NCBI RefSeq assembly: GCF_006345805.1
Contig: NC_042997.1
Span: 88,846,001-88,910,000, forward strand
From: Octopus sinensis
Lineage: Eukaryota
DNA: 64,000 nt
Direction of reading: 5' to 3'
The translations under genes were made by a program, and so were the position numbers. The notes below the pieces were generated by a model. It worked only from the letters and a program-made list of their open reading frames with translations, was not told the DNA's origin and made no database searches. This document shows, piece after piece, positions 1 through 12,710 of this stretch. The number at the start of each line of letters is the position of its first letter. The first letter of the stretch is position 1.

Positions 1-54
1 CTTAACAGCCCTTCTTGTCTGTGTTACTGTTATTCTCCTTGTCCTGTCTTTTAC

Positions 55-525
55 TGTCGTTACTGTCCTGTTTTTGTTACCACTTTTACCCCTCCGCAAA
101 AAAATCTCAAATTTTATTTAATTTGCTTTTCGCGGGAAAGAATGTTTCATTAAAGTCATGTCTCGCCTTGATCTTCGAAACGTGGAGTAGATGAAACAAA
201 GGCGACTGAAGAAGGGGAATTTTCCTTGTATTGTATGTCCTGTACTCTATTTTTTCGTTGTTTGAGAAAAATGTCCATTTCCTTGGTTTTGTGTTTATGT
301 TTTCGTTTCATTGTGTTCGACGTTTTTTTTTGGTGTCCTGTACCCATATATGCATATATATATACATGCAGAGGTAGGTACGTACATATATGTATGCATA
401 TATGCATATGTTTTATTTTATTTATTAATTAATTATATGACGGAACGCACGCATCCATTTCTAAGTAAGATTGTCCTTAATATATACATATATATATATA
501 TATATAATTATATATATATATATAT

Positions 526-563
<38 letters not shown>

Positions 564-900
564 CAAAATAATATATAAAACATATGCATATATACATACA
601 TACATGTACATACCTATATCTATATGTATATATACATGTATATATGGGTACAGGACACCAAATAAACGTTGAACACAATGAGAAACGAAAACATAAAAAC
701 AAAAACATGGAAACGGACTTTTTTTCAAACAACGAAAAAACAGAGTACAAGACATACAACACAAGGAATATTCCCCTTCTTCAGTTGCTCCTGTTTCGGC
801 TACTTCGCGTTTCGAAGGTAAGGGCAAGACGCAACTTCGTTGAAACAATCCTTCCCGCAAAGCAAATTTAATAATAAGTGGTAACAAGAACAGGACAGTA
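55..900. mobile_element. Diverged inverted repeat pair (arms ~55-425 and ~575-900) around a (TA)n tract; probable PLE-type terminal repeats
   Basis: 575-900 is the reverse complement of ~55-425 with many substitutions (e.g. ctgaagaaggggaattttccttg vs caaggaatattccccttcttcag); (TA)n at ~481-572 lies between. PLE assignment is by analogy with the other (TA)n-embedded inverted ends. Confidence 0.6.
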
Positions 901-1256
901 AAAACGTGTGTGTCTGTCTATTTGTGTCTTTGCGTCTATGTTTGTCCACCTACCCACCGCGTGTTTGGTTTCTTTACGTCTTTGTAACTTAGCCCCTCGG
1001 CAAAAGAGACTGAAAGAATAAGTTGCAGACTTTAAAATAGGAATTGTGGATGATATGTTCTACTAGAAGCCTTCACTTCGGTGCCCCAGTATCAATGCAA
1101 TCCAGTGGCTGTAACAAGTAAAATATGAAGTATAAATGATCAACCACGCCAATCTCACCGGCGAAGAATTGCAAAGCCAAAGGTCATTTGCCACACGTTC
1201 TCACCTGACGCGAGCAAACACAGACACACACACACATACTCTTTCAGGCACCTCAC

Positions 1257-1282
1257 CTTTGACTCAGCGGCACATCCAGGAT
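1257..1282 (-). CDS. Candidate 26-nt micro-exon of an unidentified gene (open as ILDVPLSQ or xPGCAAESK)
   Basis: Minus strand: long pyrimidine tract ...tttctctttgtctttctatcctgctgtcag|ATCCTGGATGTGCCGCTGAGTCAAAG|gtgagg. Splice signals only; no recognised homology. Confidence 0.25.
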
Positions 1283-1524
1283 CTGACAGCAGGATAGAAA
1301 GACAAAGAGAAAGAGAAAGAAAACGGTACACTTGCACCAAATTGGTACTCTTTTACAAATAAGTAGATTGCGGAAATATGAAATGAAGTATCTTCGCTCA
1401 AAAACGCTACGTATTACTTACTCGGCCTAGGAACTGAAATCTGTAACTACTAGGCCACGCGTCTCCACTCCTATGACTATCTTAGCAAGTGTAAAAAAAA
1501 TCAGTATAACTAAGGTGTTAATTC

Positions 1525-1850
1525 GGGTTAACAAAAAATTAGTCCAACCACATGGTTCCGAGTTTAATCCCACCGTGTGGCGCCATGGGCAAATATCTTC
1601 TACTATAGACTCTGCGCTGACCAAAGTTTTGTGAGTGGAATTCCACTGATGCGGGTTTAAACATTAACAGTAACAACAGTAACACCTGATATCGAATATG
1701 AAACATGTTTCATTCGACCGATTGGTGAAGATTCAAATGTCAAAATGCTTTAACTAATAACCCAGGGATGCACTATTTCTCCTCTCTACTTCTTTTATTA
1801 CTACTACATTGGTAGACGGAAAGAAACTGTGTGAAAGCCCGTCGTATATG
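1525..1850 (+). mobile_element. 5' part of CORE-type tRNA-derived SINE (family B), interrupted by a ~165-bp insert
   Basis: ccaaccacatggttccgagtttaatccc...gggcaaatatcttctactatag...gtgagtgga matches family B at 3368-3812 and 20320-20725; it resumes as tggtagacggaaa...gcccgtcgtatatg at ~1811. Confidence 0.7.
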
Positions 1851-1926
<76 letters not shown>

Positions 1927-2107
1927 GGGTAATAATACATTATTATTACCAGTGGCCTAGCACAAAAACGAATTAGTCATTAGACTATATATTATTCACA
2001 TAGAAATACAATAAGAGGCCTCCAAGCACAAGGATTTCCTATTTGGAAGCCTTTTATTGTATTTCTATACATACATACATACATACATACATACATACAT
2101 ACATACA

Positions 2108-2209
<102 letters not shown>

Positions 2210-2894
2210 GTATATGTATATATATCAAAATCAAAATGAGTGTGAACAAAATTGGATATTAATTTGATAACATCAATTTTAACACCAGTGGTCCAGCATA
2301 TAAAAAAACTGAGATTCTGGAGAACAATTCTTAGCGGATCTTCTTCTAGTAGAAGGGTTTCCACATAGTGTTTAAAAAAATCCCTCTTATATATATTATA
2401 TATAATATATATATATATATTTAAAGAGAGAGAGAGAGAAGGGGGCATGTATGTATGTCTTTGTGTATGTATCTGTAACTTAGCTGTTCGGAGAAAGAGA
2501 CCAATAGAATAAGTACCAGGTGTAGATTTGTCCAATTACATCCTTCAAGTTGATACCCCAGCATGGCCGCATTCCAATGACTGAAACGAGTTAAGAGATA
2601 AAAGGTAGACAAAAATCATTTACGCAATGAATCGAAGAAAGGTGAAATAAATTGGACATTTATTCTGGCTTGTTCCACTTGTTAGCTAGCCATGATGTCG
2701 GTGAGTCATCTTTCGAGAAAACCAGAGACGCTGTTGCAAGTTTGTCTGCCTTGTCGATCAGAACAGCAATAAGAAAACTTCATTGCTATCAAATTTCAAC
2801 AAAAGGGACACCATTAATTTATTGGTGAGTGGAGATAATTTATTTTATTTGCTTATGTTATTTGTTCATGTGTGTGCGTGTATTACAAATACAT

Positions 2895-2981
<87 letters not shown>

Positions 2982-3193
2982 TGTATGTATGTATGTATGT
3001 ATATCGCAATATAAGAGTCGTAAAGTGTATTCAAACATATATTTTACACAGTGCAGACTTGATCTTATATAAAACTCAGTACGTTAGGTGTATAGATAGA
3101 CTGGTTTATTATATCAAAAGTTGACTGTCTACGGCGGGTTTCGCCCTAGGCTGAACTGTTTACGACTGTTGACTTTTGATATAATTAACATCA

Positions 3194-3273
<80 letters not shown>

Positions 3274-3367
3274 CGTGTGCGCGCGCGTGTGAATGAGTAT
3301 GTGTTCACACATGAATATACACACAAAGCTATATATCTAGCTAAATAGATGGATAAATGAATATATA

Positions 3368-3571
3368 CTCTTTACTCTTTACCCTTTTACTTCTTTCAGT
3401 CATGTGACTGTGGCCATGCTGGAGCACTGGCTTTAGTCGAGCAAATCGACCCCAGCATTTATTTTTTGTAAGCCTAGTACTTATTCTATCGTTTTCTTTT
3501 GCCGAACTGCTAAGTTAGGGGACGGAAACACACCAGCATCAGTTGTCAAGCGATGTTGGGGGACAAACACA

Positions 3572-3618
<47 letters not shown>

Positions 3619-3812
3619 CACACATGCATACATACATATACATATATACTACGGGATTCTTTCAGTTTCCGTCTACCAAATCCACTCACAAGGCTTTGGT
3701 CGGCCCGAGGCTATAGTAGAAGACACTTGCCTAAGGTGCCACGCAGTGGGACTGAACCCGGAACCATGTGGTTCGTAAGCAAGCTACGTACCACAGAGCC
3801 ACTACTACGCCT
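3368..3812 (-). mobile_element. Full-length CORE-type tRNA-derived SINE (family B) with internal (CA)n
   Basis: Reverse strand has a tRNA-like head (A-box-like tggctctgtggta, B-box-like ggttcagtccc), core cttaggcaagtgtcttctactatagcctcgggccgacc and 3' tail ...gctccagcatggccacagtcacatgactgaaagaagtaaaagggtaaaagag. Confidence 0.85.
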
Positions 3813-3835
3813 ATATAATATAACAATAATGACGA

Positions 3836-4469
3836 TTTCAAATTTTGGCACCAGGCCAAGTTCGGGCGAAGGAGTAAATCGATTGCATCGACTCCACTGC
3901 TCAACTGGTACATATTTCATCGACCCCGAAAGGGATGAAAAGCAGAGTCGACGGACTCAATGCTGCTATGCATTTTGCTGGGCACGGTAACAATTATGTC
4001 AGCTCGCCGCTTTAATAATATTGACAATAATCTTTTCTAGGCCTAAAACTGGTTGGTGGGAAGGGAGATAGTCGCTTATATTGAACCCAGTTTTCTACTG
4101 GTACTTATTTTATCGACCCCGAAAGGATGAAAGACAATGTCGATCTCAGCGGAATTTGAACTCGGGACGTAGAGAGAGACGAAGTACCGCTAAGCATTCT
4201 GTCCGGCGGGTAGGTAATTCTGCCCGCCAGCTCGGCGCCTTAAATAATAATAACACAGATTTCAAATTTTGGTACAAGGTCAGCAAATTCGGGGAGTGGT
4301 GAGTCGATTACATCGACCCCAGTGTTCAACTGGTACTTATTTCATCGGCTCTGGAAGGATGAAAGACAAAGATAACCTCGGCAGGATTTGAACTTAGAAC
4401 GTAAAGACAGACAAAATACCGCTAAGCATTTGGCTCGGCGTGCTAAAGATTCTTCCAGCTTGCTACCTT
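3836..4469 (-). mobile_element. Cluster of three tRNA-derived SINE family A copies (3836-3960 partial, 4033-4241, 4258-4469)
   Basis: Each contains the family A body atcgaccccgaaaggatgaaag...cggaatttgaactc (reverse of gagttcaaattccg...ctttcatcctttcggggtcgat). Confidence 0.85.
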
Positions 4470-4509
4470 AAATGATAATAAAAAATATAACAATAACAAC
4501 AACCTCATA

Positions 4510-5065
4510 GCCAAATGGAGAGAATGGTATCAAGATGACCAATACATGGGTCATGCTAGTGTTGATATTCTCTGCTCCTAAGGTGAACAAAAACAGTCAC
4601 AGGAATGGCATAGAATTGGAGTGCTGTTCATAATGCACGATGCACATCACCTTAAAAGTCTCTGCTTCGAAGAAAAGAGGGAGGCAGAGGTTTGTTATAC
4701 GTAGAAGATATAATCAGTGCTACAATAGTAAGTTTGAGAATACTTTGTTATGCGTAGTGGTAAAAGAATATCATCTGCGGCTAGAAATATCCGCCACCCC
4801 ACAAAAAAATCAAAAAAAAAATCACTGAAACAATAGGAGAATTCAAGAAAAGATAGTGCAGCAAGGCTTATTGTTGGGAAAAGAAGTAATTACATGATCA
4901 ATTCCTGCAGCAAACTGAGGATGCTGGAAGTATAGAACGCTGGTTGCATCTGACTGATGGAAATCTGAAACGAGAAAGTGGATCTCTAATTAAAGCAGCT
5001 CAGAATCAAGCCATTGGAAAGAATTTAATAAAGACAGATTGATAAAACTCAGCCAGACAGAGGAG
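4510..5065 (+). pseudogene. Degenerate R4/Dong-like non-LTR retrotransposon fragment (post-RT region)
   Basis: Translates in pieces to RRKEGGRGL and LHDQFLQQTEDAGSIERWLHLTDGNLKRESGSLIKAAQNQAI, matching the R2/R4-type motifs R.EGGRGL and LHGQF...WL..G.LK.ETE..I.AAQDQ. Confidence 0.7.
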
Positions 5066-5892
5066 AGAGTTAGTTGGTATCATCGGTCTTAGCACTTAGA
5101 TTGTACTTAATTTTATTGATCTCGAAATGATGAAAGGGGAAAATTGCCGCCCAGTAATAAAAAGTCTTAATATCATTCCGCGGCTGACTTAAATCTTTTT
5201 CGGGGCTGACAAAATAAGTACTAATTGAATACTGGGGTCGATGTCATTGATTTAGCCCTTCTCCATAATTGTTGGCTTTGTGGTCAAAATACGAAACCAC
5301 TATTGGCAGAGTAAATCTAAGAGAGATGGATTGACAAAACCTTACGATACTAGTTCTAACTCTTTACATTCTGAGTTCAAATTCCATAGAGATCAACTTT
5401 GTTTTTAATCCCTCTGGGGGTCAAAAAAAGAAGATATCAGTCAAATAATGGGTCAGTCTAAATTTTTAGCCTTTTGCCAAAAGTCAAAAACTATTGTTAA
5501 GATAGTTAAGAGTGGTGAGTTAGCAGAATCGTTAGTGTTGGGCGAAATTCTTTATATTTATTCCGGCTTTTTATGTTCCGAGATCAAAACTTCGTCGAGA
5601 CTACTTCTGCTTTTCATACCCCAGATGTCCATAAAATAAAGTACTAGTCAAATATTTCTCGACTTACCTTCTAACAAATTTCTAATCTGTTATAAGGGCA
5701 GTTTGTTGCAAAATGCCTTGTAGTATTTAATTAGATCCTTTTCCTTCTCTGCTTACATCCCACAATAGATAACTTCGCCTCCCTCATTCGGGCGTCGATA
5801 GAATATTTACCGGTAGAGCTCTGTAGCAGATCTAATGGACTGACTACACTCGTTTCCACCAATGATTTTGGCTTTGCGCCCAATATAGAAGT

Positions 5893-6009
5893 CATCATCA
5901 TCATCATCATCACCACCACCACCACCACCACCATAATCGTCATCATCATCATCATCATCACCACCACCACCACCACCACCATAATCATCATCATCATCAT
6001 CATCAATTT

Positions 6010-6061
<52 letters not shown>
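5893..6061. repeat. Compound trinucleotide microsatellite (CAT)n(CAC)n, duplicated as a ~48-bp higher-order unit, then (TAC)n
   Basis: Direct reading of the sequence. Confidence 0.95.
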
Positions 6062-6062
<1 letters not shown>

Positions 6063-6063
6063 A

Positions 6064-6275
6064 GGCGGCGAGCTGGTAGAATCGTTAGCATGCCGGGCAA
6101 GATGCTTAGCTGCATTTCGTCTGCCTTTACGTTCTGAGTTCAAATCCCGCTGAGGACGACTTTGTCTTTCATGCTTTCGGGGTCGATAATGTAAGTACCA
6201 GTGAAACACTGGGGCCGATGTAATCGACTAGTCCCTTCTCACCAAATCTGAGGCCTTGTGCCTCCAGTAGAATGG
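6064..6275 (+). mobile_element. Monomeric tRNA-derived SINE family A (tail type A)
   Basis: ggcggcgagctggtagaatcgttagc...gttctgagttcaaatccc...ctttcatgctttcggggtcgat...ggccttgtgcctccagtagaatgg followed by an (ATT)n tail. Confidence 0.9.
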
Positions 6276-7239
6276 ATTATTATTATTATTGTTGTTGTTA
6301 TTATCATACCTATTTGTCCTTGTGGCAAATAGATAGACGGTTATTACCCCTTCTTGGTTTTTCGATGGGAACTGCCGCTAATTATAAGGCGGCGTTCATG
6401 AATGACATTTGTTTTTGCAGGCATGTATATAAAAATAAATTTTTGCATATTTTTATGTATGTATGTATATATATATATATTTGATTATGTATACGTACGA
6501 CTATATATATATGTATGCATGTATGTATGTAAATGTACATGTAAGTGTGTGTATTTGTATATTCTATGCAACTGTGAGCATTTATGCGTATCTGTATGTC
6601 TGTGTGCGTTTGTTGCAGACTATCAGTTACGGGTCGTAAACATTCCACTAAGTTTTATGCATATTCAGATGAGACATGCTGCACCCAGGTGTGTATGTAT
6701 GTATATATGTATGTATATATGTAAGTATGTATGTATGTATGCATGTATGTATGTGTGTATGTATGCATGTATGTATGTGTGTATGTATGTATGTGTGTAT
6801 GTATATGTGTGGGTATGTATGTATATATATATTTATATATATACACACATATATATATACATATATATACGTATATATATATGCATACATACATATATAT
6901 ATATATATAATATATAATATATATATTATATATATATATATGTATATACATATATATATATATATACATGTGTGTATATACACATGTATAAGTATATGAA
7001 TATATGCATGTGAGTCTGTATGTGTGTATATACAAACACATTTTGAACATATATATATACATGCTTAACTACTGATCTATTGCTACATACGTGGATGACT
7101 TTCTTAAAAATATTTTACTCCACACCCTCTCCCAGACACTCTCGCAAACACTTATATACGCTTGAGATTATATAGAGTAAATATGAGTAAGCTTGTCTAT
7201 AATCACGGAAATAACTATATATACTAACATATGTGTACG

Positions 7240-7600
<361 letters not shown>

Positions 7601-9266
7601 AGAGTGCAAGAGAAGGAGGAATGTGTGTATATGTGTGGGTACGTGCGTGCGCTCAGGTCTCTGTGTGTGTGTATGTGTGCGTGGTTGTGTATATATATAT
7701 ACTCATACACACATATTCATAAATGTATACATACATACGTTGTGTGTGCTTTGTCTCAACCACTTTGTCTTTTACCCTTTCTTCTACCTTCCGCTCTTTG
7801 AGTATCTGTATATTTAAGCGTTCACTTTCTCTTTACCCACTCATCTCCCTTTCTCTCTTTCTCTCTCACTTCCCCTCTCTCTACACCTGTCTCTACCTTC
7901 TCCCTTCCTCCCTCTCTCTCCCCTTCTCTCCCCTCATCTATAGTGATGTGTGTGTGTGTATGTGTGTGCGTGCATGAGTGCGCGCACGCATGTGTGTGAG
8001 CAAATATACATGCTTGTGCACTGTCGCATACACAGACAAATACATTCTGTCACTCATGCACACACACACTTGTTCCCGCACCCACACACACATACCCGTG
8101 ATAGAGAGAAGAAGAGAAATCCTGGATATTAACTTCAATTGGAAAAAATCTTATAGAGAATACATATCTACAATAGAGACTACAAAAACCATTTCCCAGC
8201 TGGATAAACCGATATAAATTATCTAGACATTGGCTTTTTTTTCTCTTAGATATGGACAGCAATATTAATTAGTGGTCGTTATTTATTTCTCAGTAAGCTT
8301 GTCCACAGTTGCCTTTATCATGGCAGACAGCGCCAACTGTAAAGCCTCGTTATGACATCTTTGAAGTTGATAAATTAGATCGAACCCAAATTCTGGTTGT
8401 GAACAGAATTCAGGCAGAGAAGGATTGCTGGTAGAAATGTATCAAGGAGGAAAAAAGTTGTCCCCTTGCAGAACTTGTTCAAGGCGGCGGAGAAAAAGTT
8501 ACAATCCATTTATTTCACGAAAAGAGTTGGAGTTTTCCTCTATTTTTCTCGAAAGACCAACTAAAGAATGATCTGGTCACTGGATGAATCAGTATCATAG
8601 TCATTGATCAGGACAAGACTTATGGTACCGTCTACTCGGCTTTCAAGACTAGTCGTAAAGCGTAACGTTCATTAGAGTCAAAACGTCAAGAATCTATCCT
8701 CAGTACAAGGACCAGCATTACACAAGAGTGACAGTTAGAGGGGTTGCTAATGACATTAACTTCCAACTCGTTGTCACCCTTTATCATAATACAGGCTGGT
8801 GGTGAGCGGAAAGGTGACGAGGAAAGTCATGCAGTTGATTGAAAGAGGTAAATATTGATTTGCAAGTCTTTACGATCTCTCAAGAACACAGGGTCATGCT
8901 GGAGCTGTTCTCTATCATACATGCAATGACAAAGATTATAAGACTTGCGGTACAAGGCAGAAAGTCAGGTGATATGCTTGTGTACACAAGAATCACTTGA
9001 AAGCTTTCTGACTCGAGTGTCTAACAAGAGAGAGAGAGAGAGAGGGAGAGGAGTGGCCGAAAGCAGCAACAATGGAGGTTGCTTTTCCAGCAGCAGCGCT
9101 AGTCGAAATACTGAAAATAGCAGAAAAGGTTACCCTATCTGTGTATCTTGTCCACCGAGCGAGTGAGGGCATATTGGTGTCTGTTTTTAAAGACCGAGAG
9201 CGAAATAAAACAGTAAATAGAAATAATGACATACACAACTACTCGTAGGGTTGGACTACATTAGTT

Positions 9267-9687
9267 GGATCTTTTCGGTTTGAACTGCAGTTTTTTCTAG
9301 CAGTGTCATATGAAATTGTCACCCATAATTATGACCCTAGTATCGATCTATTGCATTTCAATCTGTTTTAGGGTTAGGGTTAGGGGTGGGGGGAAGGGTA
9401 TATTTTTTTCTTCAGAAATGTAAATAAACCCAATCTGTTTCTTAAACGAGGGACATATTCATATGGCACAGAATGTTTTTTTTTACCTCAATAGACGTCA
9501 TTGATTGGTTGAAATTGCAGAAATTGAATAAAAAAGACAACAAATATCTTACAAACTATAGAATGTTCTCAATAAAGCCAAGAGAAAAAGATGTTTTATA
9601 AACACATTCTACCAGTATACAAAGTTTAAAAGTGTTTAGTTACGTAGAAATTATCTTAAAATACTGCCGTTCGAACCGAAAAGATCC
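9267..9687 (+). mobile_element. Non-autonomous DNA transposon (MITE), 25-bp TIRs, 8-bp TSD, Merlin-like; carries (TTAGGG)3
   Basis: TIRs ggatcttttcggtttgaactgcagt / actgccgttcgaaccgaaaagatcc; TSD cattagtt / cattagat. GG termini plus an 8-bp TSD fit Merlin. A second copy lies at 43018-43440. Confidence 0.85.
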
Positions 9688-10342
9688 CATTAGATGGGTC
9701 AGCGCGAAACAAAGCTGTATGCAAGGGTCATTGGACAGTCGAATTGACTTCTAGTTTGTTGTCACCTTTGTAGCGCAATATGAGCGAGGGGTCAGCACAG
9801 AGGAGACGAGGAACAATATGAAGAGGGAGCAGCTTGGATTTGCAATCCTTATGACTCACCAAAACCACAGGGCCAACCTGGAACTGTGCTCCTCCATGAG
9901 AGTAGAAACACCAGGTATTATAGACTGGTGGTGCAGAGAGAAAAATGTAGCTGTTATGTACGTGGCAGCTGAAGCCTTTCTGCTCTGAGGAAATAGAAAG
10001 ACAAAGAATGTGTGCATCAAAGAGAAGCTAACCAGCAACAGCAGAAGATCCCGGAGAGTTGTGTTCCGGTTGCACCACCAGTCGGAACCTCGGAAATGGC
10101 TTTGTCCTTGAATCCAGAAATGAATGTTGCCAATGTCCCACACACCGCAGTATCATTCCATCCCTCCTTGACGAGTGAATGGATGCTGGGCAGGACAGCA
10201 ATATCAAGCCGTTTAAGAGAACAAGGAACAGGAGAACGACTAAAAAATGTTTAAACACACACAAAAAGGACTACGCGATATGAAGTTCATGGTCGAGAAA
10301 CTGAACATCATATCTTTTAGATCAGAATTGAGCGTCATAATA

Positions 10343-10570
10343 TACGGAGGTGTGCTGAAAAGCTTCTGGCTTTGGGTAAAAGAAAATACATGAGGATCAG
10401 TTAATTATGAATTTTATTCAACATATTCCTCTCTTGGATTCACACACTTATTGCAGCGGTCCTTCAGTTTTTCTACGCCCTGTAAAAGAACTCGGAAGGT
10501 TGGGCCGCCAACCAGGCCTTTCGCGATACCCTTATAGCCAGGAACTTTTCAGCACCCCCACTCCCCACAT
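10343..10570 (-). mobile_element. Mariner-derived MITE
   Basis: TIR-like tacggaggtgtgctgaaaagcttctggct / agccaggaacttttcagcacccc. The interior on the minus strand encodes a mariner C-terminus-like FYRA*KN*RTAAISV relic. It is related to 22821-23041. Confidence 0.75.
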
Positions 10571-10667
10571 ATATGTATAAACACACGCGCGCACGCAGGC
10601 ACAAACTCACGTACACACATACACACATAAACTCAAACAGACAGACAGACAGACATACACACACGCA

Positions 10668-10719
<52 letters not shown>

Positions 10720-10939
10720 TACATATAAAACAGAACCCAGAGTTTTGGTCTACGTCGGCTATAATAGAGAGGCAGTATTTTACATCTACGTCGAAAATAT
10801 TCTGATGTCTAATTTCACTCCTGTGAACATTTTCGTGAAGAAGGACTCTATCTGAAACGTTGAATTTTCCATGCTTCATAGCAAGTTTACCTCACTTACA
10901 CCATCTGTCTGTCTATATCCGTCTGTTTTTGTACACACA

Positions 10940-10994
<55 letters not shown>

Positions 10995-12000
10995 TACACA
11001 CACACACATATACACACACGTATATGTATATACTGTTGCAGAAGAGACAATGAGTATGGACAAGACCAACGATAACTTCACCGCCACCAGCTCAAAAACG
11101 AACATCGTCCTCAGTTAAATAACAAATTATAGCAAAGTGGTCAGAGCCACAGAAATTCTAAAAGCACAGAAGGAAGCTCTGAGAGAGCCTAAGAACTTCA
11201 TACAAAAAGTAGGTTGGAGAGTCACTTTCAATGTCTACAGTTCAGTGCAAACACTAAGAAATGCACAATCACGTACAGATGCATGGATGTAAAATGTTGG
11301 CGTGTTGAAAGGCTGAAACCGTCCAATATTTAACGCTTTCGTGTATAATACATGACTATATTGAATTGTGTTGTCCTCGGTGGCAAATAAAGAGATTTAG
11401 TTATTGTTGGTCTTGCTCTTCTCAGAGTGATAAATTGACGGAATCGTCAGGATGTTGGACAAATGCCACGTGGTATTTGTTCCGATTGCTTACATTGTGA
11501 CTTTAAAATCCTGTCGAGGTGAAATTGCCTTTCATCCTTCCGGAATCGATAAAAAGAAGTATTAGTAAACTACTAGGATTGGTCTAATTGACAAACTCCC
11601 AACCAAAATTTTGGTTCGCGCCATATTACAAATTACTATCATTAGCATTGTCGCTCCACTGACGATGGGATAACATTGGTGGAACTATTAATGTTTGTGT
11701 TGGTGTGAATGTTGCTATATATAGTGGAAGTGGTGAGGTATTTGTTATTCTTTCAGTATTTATTTAGTTTACACGTTTGTTGCTGTTATGTTTGTTCATG
11801 CTGTTGTTATTGCAGTGATGTAATAGTTGGTTATGATGAAGGTAGTGATGATAGCTTTGAAAAAATAATCGCTTACAGTAATGTCGATGACGGTGGCGGC
11901 GGTGGCAGTGGTGGGTTAGAATGGAAGGCTTGTGGTATAGTTATTAACGATGCTTTAAAAATGAGATACGCTATGGTATCTATGAATTAAAGCACTGTTA

Positions 12001-12710
12001 GTGTTGTAAGAAAGTGACACTCTGTCATGTTTAGGAAGTAATACGGTGTGGTGTGTAGAAAACGTGACACAATGTGGTGTATATCAATGTGTGATACATA
12101 GGAAAGTAGTGTCTATTAAGTCAAACACTTCAGAAAATTAGACACTTTCTATACACTATACAGTGGGCTGAAAGAGGGAGACTATGTAGTGTCTTGAAAG
12201 TGAGACAATATCTGATGTAATATACTGTGTGATGTATTGAATGTGTAACATTGTATAACGTACTATGAGACACAGTGAGGTGTACTGAAAGTGAGACATT
12301 GTTTAATGTGTTCGAAGTGAAGCAGTGTATGGTGTATAGAAAGCGAGGCGCAGTATGGTGTATAGCAAGTGGGAAAAGGGGACACTGTCTGGCATGCTGG
12401 ATGTGGGACACTGTATGATGTGTTGGAAATGAGACAATCTACAGTGTATAAGATGTGAGAAATTGTGGAGTGTTTAAAAAGTGAGATTGTGTGTGGTGGC
12501 TCTGAATTGAAACACTGTATGGTATCGAACATATTAAAATACGCTATGCTAGTTAAGTAATATGCCTAAAAAGTTAGACGTATATAGTCTAGAAAATAAA
12601 ATGTTGTATGGTATATAAAAAGTGAGATGCTGTGTGCTGTCTAGGAAGTGAGACGTCGCGTTGTTTAGGACGTGAAATATCGTGCAATGTCTTACAAGTG
12701 AGACACTGTT
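12001..12710. repeat. Degenerate minisatellite, ~25-30-bp unit (consensus-like gtgtggtgtatagaaagtgagacact)
   Basis: Recurring aaagtgagacac / gtgtggtgtat motifs; mirrored at ~14215-14892. Confidence 0.8.

Noticed and set aside
165-225. GAAA and CTGAAGA motifs suggesting a type II hammerhead
   Set aside because: No U16.1/H17 or proper stems can be built; kept only as a possible conserved structure.
6064-6150. tRNA-like sequences with A/B boxes (also 18905, 19485, 20320)
   Set aside because: Each continues into a SINE body and lacks a complete cloverleaf; they are SINE heads, not tRNA genes.
8640-8700. ttcaagactagtc...gagtcaaaacgtc resembling a decayed HHR
   Set aside because: Both core boxes are mutated, so it is not supportable.
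9700-9900. Minus-strand PVVLVSHKD resembling a gypsy RT start
   Set aside because: A single short motif with no supporting downstream RT motifs.
11030-11105. Signal-peptide-like MFVFELVAVKLSLVLSILIVSSAT on the minus strand
   Set aside because: Weak donor site, runs into a microsatellite, and has no other support.
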